64,000 nt of DNA from an uncultured Gemmatimonadales bacterium. GTDB lineage: Bacteria > Gemmatimonadota > Gemmatimonadetes > Gemmatimonadales > GWC2-71-9. Numbering within the stretch: the stretch's first letter is position 1; each line of letters starts with the position of its first letter. The position numbers and the translations under genes are program-made. The notes under the pieces were generated by a model, which was not told the DNA's origin, ran no database searches, and worked only from the letters and a program-made list of their open reading frames with translations. Positions 47,701-56,183 of this stretch are shown here, one piece after another. The stretch covers positions 67,244 through 131,243 of the forward strand of contig CAVYSW010000010.1 in the NCBI GenBank assembly GCA_963771275.1. Direction: 5' to 3'.

Positions 47701-48435
47701 ATGGCGATGACCGCCCTTCGGTCGGGCTCGCGGGGGCCCGACGTCAAGAAGGTCCAGGAGAAGCTCAACACCCAGCTGAGCCCCAGCCCGCGGCTGGTCC
47801 CGGATGGCGACTTCGGTCCCTTGACGCGGAACGCCGTGGTGCGGTTCCAGCACGCGCAGTGGCTGGTGGCGGACGGGGAGGTCGGCCCCTGCACGTGGAA
47901 CGCGCTGATGGGCACCGAAGCCTACCCGCCCATTCTGCACACCATCCCGTTCATCCCGCAGCCGACGAACACCACCTGCTGGGCGGCGAGCACCGCCATG
48001 GTGACCCGCTCCAACGTCCCGGCCGTCATTGCCAAGACTCCCGCCGATCTCATCCTCCCCGACGGCAGCCTCGCCAATTTCTCCGAGACCGCCGATCCCG
48101 TGACCGGCTCAGCCCGCTTCGCCGCGGCGCACGGCTTGACCGTGGTGCCCCCGACCTCGTGGATGCCCACGGGGCTGGTGGCGATGCTGCGGGCGGGACC
48201 CTTGATCTTCGACATGTTGTGGGACGCGACGACCTACGTGAACGGGACCGGCAGCCCCGGTCACATGATCGCGGTCGTCGGCATCCGCGGGGACAACGAC
48301 CAGTCAGGCAAGGGCACGACGCTCCGGATCTTCGATCCCTGGGCGCCGACGCAAGGCAAGAAGTACTCCGTGGGGTACTTCAAGTGGATCCAGGAGGTGC
48401 CGACGCGGACCTACCACATCTACCACAAGCGCTGA
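47701..48435 (+). CDS. peptidoglycan-binding (PG_binding_1-like) domain + papain-like cysteine peptidase domain protein; no signal peptide (putative secreted effector)
   Basis: 244 aa. GSRGPDVKKVQEKLN…PDGDFGPLTRNAVVRFQ is a PG-binding repeat pattern. PQPTNTTCWAASTAMV (Cys) and SPGHMIAVVG (His) fit a papain-like dyad. Confidence 0.7.
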   Translation: MAMTALRSGSRGPDVKKVQEKLNTQLSPSPRLVPDGDFGPLTRNAVVRFQHAQWLVADGEVGPCTWNALMGTEAYPPILHTIPFIPQPTNTTCWAASTAMVTRSNVPAVIAKTPADLILPDGSLANFSETADPVTGSARFAAAHGLTVVPPTSWMPTGLVAMLRAGPLIFDMLWDATTYVNGTGSPGHMIAVVGIRGDNDQSGKGTTLRIFDPWAPTQGKKYSVGYFKWIQEVPTRTYHIYHKR

Positions 48436-48508
48436 GGCGGCCGACCGCTCGCGTCCGGGCGGCGATTGCGCCACCGGCGCCCACCCGTACCTTGAGGGCG
48501 GGCACGCC

Positions 48509-49726
48509 ATGAAAGCGTCGAGCTTCCTCCTCACGATCGCGCTCGCCGCCGGCTGTGAGCCGGCGGCTGATTCGAGCTCGATCAACCGGTCTGACTCCCT
48601 GGGCGTGTCTCTGATCGAGTACGCGCCGAGCTTCGCCGCAGCGGCGGCCCACGCGTGGTCGACCGACCCCGAGCCGGTGTTGTCCATCGGCGCGCCGGAC
48701 GCGGAACTATTCCGAGTTCGGGTTGCGCTGTTCCAGTCCGACGGTGGCATTGTCGTGGCGAATGGCGGCGCTTACGAGCTACTGCTGTTCGACCACACGG
48801 GACGGCTGTACGCCCGTGCGGGCGGAGAGGGCGGGGGACCGGGCGAGTTCCACCAGCTCACGTACCTGTCCGTGGGCCCCGCGGACTCGCTGTACGCGTA
48901 CGATGCCGGGGAGCGCCGCCTCTCGGTGTTCGATCCGCGCGGCCCGTTCGCCCGCGCCGTGACCCTTCAGGGCCTCGATACGCTGGGGACCGCCGAGCAG
49001 GTCGGCGTGCTGCGGAGCGGCGAGATCGTCGGGGCGTTTCGCCGGCGAACGGCGGGCGCGGGACTGGTGCGCGACTCGCTGCTCGTGATGACGTTCATGT
49101 CCTCCGACAGGCTGGCGGCGCGGCTCGGCGTGTTCCCCCATCTGTACACGGATTGGGGTCCGCACCCCGTTCCCGGCGACGGAACGGCCAGCGTTCCCCT
49201 GCCGGTGCCGCTCTCCAGCGTGACCGCGGTGACCGTGGGAGACAGCGCAATCTACGTAGGACTGCCGGACCGCTACGCCTTGATCCGGCTGACGCCTGGC
49301 GGAGTCCGGCGTATCACCCGGCAGCGCGAGCCACCGCGGGCCGTGACCGAGGCCGACCGGGCGCGTTTGTTCGCCGCGCTGGGCGGCGGTCGCATGCGGG
49401 GACCGGAGCTCGCGGTCCTGCGGGGCCTGAAGGGGCCCGGCACGCTGCCGGCGTTCGGCGTCGAGCCGCTGACCGCGAGAGTCGGCGAGCCGGCGATGCT
49501 GGTGACGGATCTGGACGGCGTGTGGCTCCGGCCGTTTCAGCTTCCCGATGATTCGGTCAATGTGCCATGGCCGAGATTCACCGGCGACGGGTTATACGAG
49601 GGAACCGTCACGCTGCCGCCGCGGTTCCGCCCGACCGCGGTACGCGGGGACCTGGTGCTCGGCGTGTATCGGGATGCGGCGGATGTCGAGTACGTTCGAG
49701 CCTATCGCCTGGCCGCGCACCGCTAG
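48509..49726 (+). CDS. lipoprotein, predicted 6-bladed beta-propeller-like (hypothetical)
   Basis: 405 aa with a lipobox (LTIALAAGC). It has repeated beta-strand-rich segments with recurring G..Y[AV].D motifs (LYAYDAGERRLSVFD, IYVGLPDRYALIRL). Confidence 0.65.
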   Translation: MKASSFLLTIALAAGCEPAADSSSINRSDSLGVSLIEYAPSFAAAAAHAWSTDPEPVLSIGAPDAELFRVRVALFQSDGGIVVANGGAYELLLFDHTGRLYARAGGEGGGPGEFHQLTYLSVGPADSLYAYDAGERRLSVFDPRGPFARAVTLQGLDTLGTAEQVGVLRSGEIVGAFRRRTAGAGLVRDSLLVMTFMSSDRLAARLGVFPHLYTDWGPHPVPGDGTASVPLPVPLSSVTAVTVGDSAIYVGLPDRYALIRLTPGGVRRITRQREPPRAVTEADRARLFAALGGGRMRGPELAVLRGLKGPGTLPAFGVEPLTARVGEPAMLVTDLDGVWLRPFQLPDDSVNVPWPRFTGDGLYEGTVTLPPRFRPTAVRGDLVLGVYRDAADVEYVRAYRLAAHR

Positions 49727-49959
49727 TACATCAGCTCACAACTACGGTTACGTATTGCACCGCAGCGGTCGCCGAGCACGCGGAGTGAGGGAACTGCTGC
49801 GCACCATGCGCCGACCCCAGCACCCGACGATCACGGGCTTGCTCTGCGGTCTCTGCGGACTCCGCGGTGAGACGCGTCATCGAACCTATGACCAAGGGTA
49901 CTAGCCAGGCGCCAAGCCTGAGCGGCACGAGGGCGAACGCTTTGGCGGCGCCGGCCGGA

Positions 49960-50575
49960 CTACTTCTTCTGTAGCTGGAACCAGCCGGGGAACGGCTCCT
50001 CCACCGCCTCGTACGCCTTCGCCTTGTCCTTGAACAGCCCCACGCCCTCGATGTCCTGGTAGCGCCACCGGACCCCTTCCAGGATCCCCTTCTCACGAAG
50101 CTCCTGTGCGACGGTGTTCTCGATCGCGTTCACGTTGAGGTTCTCGATCTGGCTGACCCCCTTCTTCCCGCGTTGCACCATGGCGCGGAACGTCGCCGTC
50201 GTTCGAGAGCCGCTGATAGGCATGACCCATCTCGTGCATCAGGAGCATCGCCGGCGATAACGCGCCGGCCATGCTGTCCTCGTCCTGCAGGTGTGCCGGG
50301 ACCGCCGCGAGCGTCTTCTGGTAGCTGCCCGCCGATTTCCGATGCCCCTCTTCGTCCTTGGTCTGCACTCGTTTGTACGGATTCCAGCGGATCGTCCCGC
50401 CCAGGTCCTCGCCGGGTCGATACCCGTTCTTCTCGACGTAACCACCGATCTCCACGTTGATCGTGGCCGGACTCTCCTCGAGCTGGTCGATGATGAACGT
50501 GGCGAGGTCCGACTGCCTGAGGTAGGCGAGCGTCTGTGCGAACAGCTCCGTGTAGCGCTTGGTGTAGAAAGCCAT
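49960..50575 (-). pseudogene. zincin-like metallopeptidase toxin/effector (HEMGH), apparent +1 frameshift shortly after the HExxH motif
   Basis: Frame A runs from ATG 50575: MAFYTKRYTELFAQ…LSPAMLLMHEMGHAYQ. Frame B (ORF 49960..50223) continues …FRAMVQRGKKGVSQIENLNVNAIENTVAQELREKGILEGVRWRYQD, which resembles the E…EN..R.E.G…R.Y tail of Peptidase_M91/Tox-MPTase-type effectors. GC is lower here. Confidence 0.6.
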
Positions 50576-50749
50576 GCGGCCGCTCCCGGAAAGCCCGTCG
50601 CCAATTTGGGCCTTTCGCCGCACGGCACAACAAGAGGTCTTGTCGGCTTTCCTCCAGTGGCTCTGTGAGTCACCCTCCGGCACATTCTCCGCGGGCTACC
50701 TGCGTCGTCGATCCCGCGCAGCAACGCCCCAACCACCCGCATGGTCTCC

Positions 50750-51316
50750 TTACTTCGCGATCCCGATGACGCCGCAGGCGAGCCGCGCTCCCGCCGCCCC
50801 CGTGGGCTGGGTCGCGAAGTCGTCCGGCTGGGCATGGACGATCACGCCTCGCCCGAGGATGCTGTGCGCGCCGGTCAGGCTTACCTGGGTGTCCGTGCGC
50901 TCGTACGACGCCCTCCCCTGAGCGTCCGCCGTGAGGTTGCCAAGGTCGCCGACGTGGCGGGCGGACGCGTCGGGCCCGGCGTGCGGCGCTCCAGCCGGGT
51001 TGAAATGGCCACCAGCCGTCGTTCCGTCCGCGCCGCTGCAGTCGCCGAATTCGTGGATATGGAAGCCGTGGGCGCCGGCGGGGAGGCCCTCCAGCTGTGC
51101 CGTGATGCGCACCCCCACCCCCCCCTCGACCGCCGCGAACGTGACCACGCCGTGGACGCTGCTGCCCGCCGTGGGGGCGAGCACCGCGACCGCCCGCGTC
51201 GGCGCGGCGGCTGCCTGCTCCTGGTGACCGGCATGCTGTGCCCCCGCCGGAGCGGCGGTCGGCAGGATCGCGGCGAGCGCGACTCCGAGGGATCGTAAGA
51301 CGGAATGCGGCATCAT
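50750..51316 (-). CDS. sodC: periplasmic Cu/Zn superoxide dismutase
   Basis: 188 aa with a signal peptide. It contains GFHIHEFGDCS, GGHFNP, HVGDLGNL and ILGRGVIVHAQPDD…ARLACGVIG. Confidence 0.95.
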   Translation of the reverse strand: MMPHSVLRSLGVALAAILPTAAPAGAQHAGHQEQAAAAPTRAVAVLAPTAGSSVHGVVTFAAVEGGVGVRITAQLEGLPAGAHGFHIHEFGDCSGADGTTAGGHFNPAGAPHAGPDASARHVGDLGNLTADAQGRASYERTDTQVSLTGAHSILGRGVIVHAQPDDFATQPTGAAGARLACGVIGIAK

Positions 51317-51319
51317 GGT

Positions 51320-53086
51320 CTACTCCAGCGTGGTTTCCTTCTTGCCGGCGTCCGGGGCCGGAGCCCACAGACTCCCGAATCGGTAGCTGATGGCCAGGAA
51401 CACTGCGCCGAAGCTGAGCGAGAGGAGAATGCGCCACACCGGCTCCACCTGGCTGAGGTCGAAGAGGACGAGCTTCGCGGCCGCGAGGAACAGCGTGGCG
51501 AGGCCTATGTTGCGGGCCCGCTTGAGCAGCAGCAGCACGGCGAGACCGTAGACGCCCCACGCGGCGGTCGCGATCCCCCCGCCCGCGGGAAGCGCGGTCA
51601 GCTCGCGCCACAGCCAGCCGAGGATCGCAGCATGCGCGATCAACCGGTACCATGACCTCGCACGCGCGTCCACCCACCATGACGCGGCCAGTCCCGCGGC
51701 GATCACGCCCGCATCGGCCAGCGCCCGCACATTGAGCACCGCCGCCGCCGGGAGGGGATCCCCGACGAAGCGCTGCAGCAGCCAGACGGCCACGATCGCC
51801 CACAGCAAATGCCCCGCAGCGCCGATGCCGCGGTCGTCGAGCCGGGTGGCGAGCACGTGCAGTCCGGCCGCTTCCACCGCCCACAGCACGATCTGCAGGT
51901 TCCCGCGTGTCAGCAAGGCAATGGCGATCGCCGTGAGCACCGCGCCCGTCAGCGCGTGGGCCGACGCGAGCATCGCGACGTTCCGCTCGCGGCGCAGGCG
52001 CCACGTCCCCGCGGCGTACAGCGCGGCGCCGGCGAGGACGAGGAGGCCCCAGAGCCGATCTCCGGCCGCCCAGACCGACCGCGACGCGAACAGCGCGGCC
52101 ACCACCGTCGCCAGAACGAGCACTGCGAGATCCAGCTGGGTGAGGTCCTCCCCCGCGCCGCGTGCCTTCATGGCCAAGCCGGGGGCCGGCGGCCAGCGCG
52201 GCGGGTCGCGCCCCGCCAGGACTTCGCGGGCCACCGGCACGAGCCAGAACAGCAGCCAGAGCACCAGGATACCGGCCTGGAGCGCCAGCCGGTTGGCGGC
52301 GGTGTCGGTGTCGAAGCCGAGCGCCAGCACCATCCAGCCGCCGGCGGCCGTCAGCCAGAGCAGCGAGCGCCACCCCTTGACCAGATAGATCGCGCTCGTC
52401 CCAATGAGAAGGACGGACGAATACGCCACCAGGCTCGGCACTGTTCCGGCGTCGGTGTAGAGGAAGAACGGTGTGCCGAGCCCGCCGATCGCCGCCAGCC
52501 CCGCGAGCGCCGCCTCGTCCTGCCGCACGCCCACCCAGAACGCGAACAGCGTGACCAGCACCATGAACGTGAACGCCACCGGGTAGCTCACGACGTGCAG
52601 CAGCTGAAACGCGGCGAAGCCCGTGATGTACCAGGTGGCGATCGCGCCGCCCAACATGATCTGGCTGAACCAGCGCTGGCGTGCCTGCACCCGGTACCCG
52701 ATGACCGCGAGCGCGATGCCGAGGGCCAGACCGAACGCGACGCGGATCGACGGGCCGAGCCAGCCGCGGTCCACCGCATACTTGAACAGGAACGCAACGC
52801 CCGCGAGCAGCAGGGCGATGCCCACGCGGCTGATCCAGTATTGGGGTCCGCGCTCGAGCAGCGTGGCGACGACCCCGAGCCTGGGTACCGGGGCCGCCGC
52901 CGCGTCCTCCCGCGGGACCGCCGGCTGGGCGATGCCGCGCGCGGCTGGCGCGGGGCGGCTCTGAGCGCCCGCTTCACGGCGCGCCACGGCCGTGATCAGG
53001 CCCCTGACCGTCTCCCGGAGATTGTCGACCGCCGTTTCGAGAGCACGGAGCCGCTCATCGACCGACCGGTCCGGCAAGTCGCCCAT
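51320..53086 (-). CDS. DUF2339-family polytopic membrane protein
   Basis: 588 aa. An N-terminal coiled coil (RLRALETAVDNLRETVRGL) is followed by about 16 TM helices, which is the typical DUF2339 architecture. Confidence 0.75.
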   Translation of the reverse strand: MGDLPDRSVDERLRALETAVDNLRETVRGLITAVARREAGAQSRPAPAARGIAQPAVPREDAAAAPVPRLGVVATLLERGPQYWISRVGIALLLAGVAFLFKYAVDRGWLGPSIRVAFGLALGIALAVIGYRVQARQRWFSQIMLGGAIATWYITGFAAFQLLHVVSYPVAFTFMVLVTLFAFWVGVRQDEAALAGLAAIGGLGTPFFLYTDAGTVPSLVAYSSVLLIGTSAIYLVKGWRSLLWLTAAGGWMVLALGFDTDTAANRLALQAGILVLWLLFWLVPVAREVLAGRDPPRWPPAPGLAMKARGAGEDLTQLDLAVLVLATVVAALFASRSVWAAGDRLWGLLVLAGAALYAAGTWRLRRERNVAMLASAHALTGAVLTAIAIALLTRGNLQIVLWAVEAAGLHVLATRLDDRGIGAAGHLLWAIVAVWLLQRFVGDPLPAAAVLNVRALADAGVIAAGLAASWWVDARARSWYRLIAHAAILGWLWRELTALPAGGGIATAAWGVYGLAVLLLLKRARNIGLATLFLAAAKLVLFDLSQVEPVWRILLSLSFGAVFLAISYRFGSLWAPAPDAGKKETTLE

Positions 53087-53104
53087 CGCACCTCCCCGTC
53101 CGCC

Positions 53105-53446
53105 CTACCCGCGGACGCCCACGACGGCGTTCCCCGTGGGGTTGTCGTTCGTGGGGCCTCCCATCTTGGCCCAGATCATCCCGATCCAGCGCCGCGCGTC
53201 GCCTTGGGGCGCCAGGCCGTGACGATCCCACCAGGTCCGGCCGGTGGGCCGGATGCGCAGGTAGCTGAGGGGCTCCAGCTTGATGTCGGTGCCGCCCAGG
53301 TTGATGGTCGCGCGCGAGGTGCTGTTCGTCACGACGAGGAGATCGCCCCGATCCTCGAGCGTCATGCCCGGCTGAGCCATCTGCATGTAGCCCTTTTTCC
53401 GGTCCTCGACGAGGACGTCTCCTTGGATGGTCACGATCCGTATCAT
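53105..53446 (-). CDS. small FecR-like beta-sandwich domain protein (hypothetical)
   Basis: This is internal ATG 53446 of ORF 53105..53962, giving 113 aa. IVTIQGDVLVEDRKKGYMQMAQPGMTLEDRGDLLVVTNSTSRATINLGGTDIKLEPLSYLRI follows the FecR-domain pattern. It lies 18 nt upstream of the DUF2339 gene. Confidence 0.45.
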   Translation of the reverse strand: MIRIVTIQGDVLVEDRKKGYMQMAQPGMTLEDRGDLLVVTNSTSRATINLGGTDIKLEPLSYLRIRPTGRTWWDRHGLAPQGDARRWIGMIWAKMGGPTNDNPTGNAVVGVRG

Positions 53447-53639
53447 CGTTCCACCTCCTCGTGGTTGAGCCAACCAGCGCCGGTCCAACGTGATCGGGCA
53501 AGACCGGCGCCCGCGATCATAAGGTGCGGCGCGCGCAGTGCGCTCGCAACCGCCCCTGGGTGCGACCTGTCCCTGCGGCGCGACCGGCGGTGTACTTTGG
53601 AGTTCAGAGTTGCGATTCCGACCTTTTACTGGGGGATCG

Positions 53640-55361
53640 ATGAACCGAGGGGACTCGACGCGTCGCACTGTCCGGGGGTTGGTGGGGCTCCTGGTTGCCA
53701 CGGCGGTTGGACCGCGTGCGGCAACGGCGCAAGTCCGGCTGGTGCCCTTCGTGGGGACGTTCGAGCCTCTGGGGGGCCTCGGTAGTCCTTCGGCGGCCAA
53801 CGCGCAGAACGGTGTGTCGGCCGGGCAGACGCACGCCATGGCGTTCGGGATCGCGGCTGGTGGCAACCTCACGGGCATGTTCGGCGTGGAAGGCGCCGTA
53901 ACCCTCGCTCCGTCGGGACTCGGCATCCACGTCCGGGAACCGACCACCGGCGGTGAGTTCACGCTGGTGCAGAAGGGCTGGATTCTACTGGCGAGCGCGC
54001 TCGCGGTGATGGGCCGGCCTGCGGACGGGTCCTACGGTGTCGCCGGCGTCGGCGTCCAGAAGCGGTGGGGGACGGCGTGGCAGGGTGTGGCAGGCGGTGA
54101 CCTGTGGTCGGTGGGCGGGGTGTTCGGCATCGGAACCGCGGCCCGCCTGACCGATCGCTGGCGGTTGGACCTCCGTGCCGAGCTGCGGTTGTACGGCTTC
54201 GATCCGGATGGCGGGGGCACGGATTTCGGGTCGTCCCTGGCAACCGACCTGCTCGTTCGGGTGGGTGTTCCCCTGGCGCTCGGGCAGCCCCGGCGGGCGG
54301 ACGCGGCGGCGGCGCCGGCTGCACGGAGGGTGGCCACGCGCGACACCGTCGCGGCCGTCGCGGAGCCTCCGGGGGCCGACCTCCCGCTCGGTGAATCCGT
54401 GGTCGCGGTCGCCGCCGGCGGGCGCCAGACCTGCGCCCGCACATCCGCCGGCACCGTGCGCTGCTGGGGCGCGGCCGGCGGCGCTCCGGCGCCGCGGGTC
54501 GACGCCGCACCGTCGCGGGCCGGCGTTACCACCCCGGCGTTGGCGGCGGGCCGCGAGCACGCGTGTGCCCTGAGCGGCCGTATCGCCCTGTGCTGGGGGA
54601 GCAATGCCGCCGGACAACTTGGAACAGACGACCAGCGTGCCCGCGAACACCGCATCACCGGCGTCGAGCTCACCGCCCTGGCCGCGGGAGACGAGCACAC
54701 ATGCGGCATCACGGCGGACGGGGCGGTGCTGTGCTGGGGCGCGAACGACCGGGGCCAGCTGGGGGACGGGTCGACCCGCCGCCGAGCGCGACCGGCGCCG
54801 ATCGCCGCGAAAGGCCGGTTCACGAGCGTGGCGGCCGGAGGCGACCACACCTGCGCGCTGCGCCAGGACGGGGTCGTGCTGTGCTGGGGCGACAACTGGT
54901 CGGGCCAGGTGGGGAGCGACATGATCGAGTCGATTCCTCAGCCGACCGAGATCGCGGGGGGGCGCCGCTTCGTGCAGCTCGCCGCGGGCGCCCGGCACAC
55001 CTGCGCGCTCGACGCCCGAGGTGTGGCATGGTGCTGGGGGGCGAACGCTGCGGGCCAGCTCGGGGATGGCGGCCGGCGTCAGCGCAATCGGGCGTCCGCG
55101 GTGTCGGGCCCGGCGCGCTTCACCGTCGTCGCGGCCGGTGGGGACCACACCTGTGGGCTCACCGCGGAGGGGGAAGCATGGTGCTGGGGGCGCGGGCGTG
55201 ACGGCGAGCTCGGCGATGGGGCGTCCGCCGACCGCGCCGTGCCGGTCCCCGCGCGCGGCGACTCCCGGTTCGCACAGCTGGCGGTGGGGGACCGCCATTC
55301 CTGCGGGCTCACCACCGACGGCCGCTTGCTGTGCTGGGGGGACTCCAGGGGGGCCCGCTGA
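53640..55361 (+). CDS. fusion protein: N-terminal outer-membrane beta-barrel-like domain + 7 RCC1 repeats
   Basis: ATG 53640 is followed by a signal peptide (MNRGDSTRRTVRGLVGLLVATAVGPRAATAQ). There are seven C.L….G….CWG.N..GQLG units. The N-terminal ~250 aa are paralogous to the ORF at 55417..56055. Confidence 0.8.
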   Translation: MNRGDSTRRTVRGLVGLLVATAVGPRAATAQVRLVPFVGTFEPLGGLGSPSAANAQNGVSAGQTHAMAFGIAAGGNLTGMFGVEGAVTLAPSGLGIHVREPTTGGEFTLVQKGWILLASALAVMGRPADGSYGVAGVGVQKRWGTAWQGVAGGDLWSVGGVFGIGTAARLTDRWRLDLRAELRLYGFDPDGGGTDFGSSLATDLLVRVGVPLALGQPRRADAAAAPAARRVATRDTVAAVAEPPGADLPLGESVVAVAAGGRQTCARTSAGTVRCWGAAGGAPAPRVDAAPSRAGVTTPALAAGREHACALSGRIALCWGSNAAGQLGTDDQRAREHRITGVELTALAAGDEHTCGITADGAVLCWGANDRGQLGDGSTRRRARPAPIAAKGRFTSVAAGGDHTCALRQDGVVLCWGDNWSGQVGSDMIESIPQPTEIAGGRRFVQLAAGARHTCALDARGVAWCWGANAAGQLGDGGRRQRNRASAVSGPARFTVVAAGGDHTCGLTAEGEAWCWGRGRDGELGDGASADRAVPVPARGDSRFAQLAVGDRHSCGLTTDGRLLCWGDSRGAR

Positions 55362-55416
55362 AACGACGAGGGGCACACCGGCCGGTGCGCCCCTCGCCAC
55401 TCAGGTCATCACACCG

Positions 55417-56055
55417 TTACCGGCTCGGGAACGGGATGCCCACCTTGAGCACGATGTCGGGCCGGAACTTGGCACCGAAACTCGTGCTGCTCCCGCCGTC
55501 CGGGTCGAACGAGTAGCCATGCGCTTCGGCCTGGATCTCGAGCGCGAACTTGGGCGCCACGCGCGCGATCACGCCGAGTCCCAGCACGCCGCCGAACGAC
55601 ATCTTCTCGGAGCTCGTGTAGCCGGTCCACGCGCTGCCGCCGCGATACACGATGCCCGGGCCGAGCAACAGGAAGAAGTTCGAATTGCGGGGCCGGAACT
55701 TGAGGACCAGGTCCCCCATCATGATCCAGCCGTTGAGGTTCTCACTGGTGAGGCAGAGGCCGGGGAAGTTGGTGGGATCGAAGTTGCAGGCGCGGACGAA
55801 CGCGTCGCTGGCGACGAACGTACCGGCGAGCTGCACGCCCAGCTGGTCCGAGAACATGAAGCCGAAGCTCGCGCCGCCGCCCATGCCCTGGTTCTGAACC
55901 GCGTCGATCTGCCCCGACGTGCCGAGGTTCCCCACCGGGTAGTACCCGGCGAAGAACGGCGTGACCTGCACCTGTGCCGAGAGCGGTGCGGCGCCCATCG
56001 CCCCGATGACCAGCAGCACCGCGCCGAAACCCGACATCCGTAGACGCATGCTCAT
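55417..56055 (-). CDS. outer-membrane beta-barrel protein (OmpW/OMP_b-brl-like)
   Basis: 212 aa with a signal peptide (…GAAPLSAQVQV). It has alternating hydrophobic strands and an aromatic-rich C-terminal end, …DIVLKVGIPFPSR. Confidence 0.7.
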   Translation of the reverse strand: MSMRLRMSGFGAVLLVIGAMGAAPLSAQVQVTPFFAGYYPVGNLGTSGQIDAVQNQGMGGGASFGFMFSDQLGVQLAGTFVASDAFVRACNFDPTNFPGLCLTSENLNGWIMMGDLVLKFRPRNSNFFLLLGPGIVYRGGSAWTGYTSSEKMSFGGVLGLGVIARVAPKFALEIQAEAHGYSFDPDGGSSTSFGAKFRPDIVLKVGIPFPSR

Positions 56056-56183
56056 CGACGCCCCCGTGGGAAGGAAGTGGGCCCAATATGCGGCGCCGGC
56101 CCGTACTCGACAAGACAGTACCGCTTTCGCCAGTCGCGACGCTTCCGTAGGTTGGGGACCACGTGGTTTCGGGGAGATGGCGC

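Noticed and set aside
49842-49868. Three tandem 9-mers (CTCTGCGGT CTCTGCGGA CTCCGCGGT) between convergent genes
   Set aside because: It is a very short, single occurrence with no partner elsewhere in the window, so it is probably local slippage without a supportable function.
49731-49880. 49-codon minus-strand ORF (MTRLTAESAETAEQ…) as an immunity gene downstream of the zincin toxin
   Set aside because: It has no RBS, a non-coding-like composition and no hydrophobic or structured pattern. It is part of a longer Arg-rich shadow ORF.
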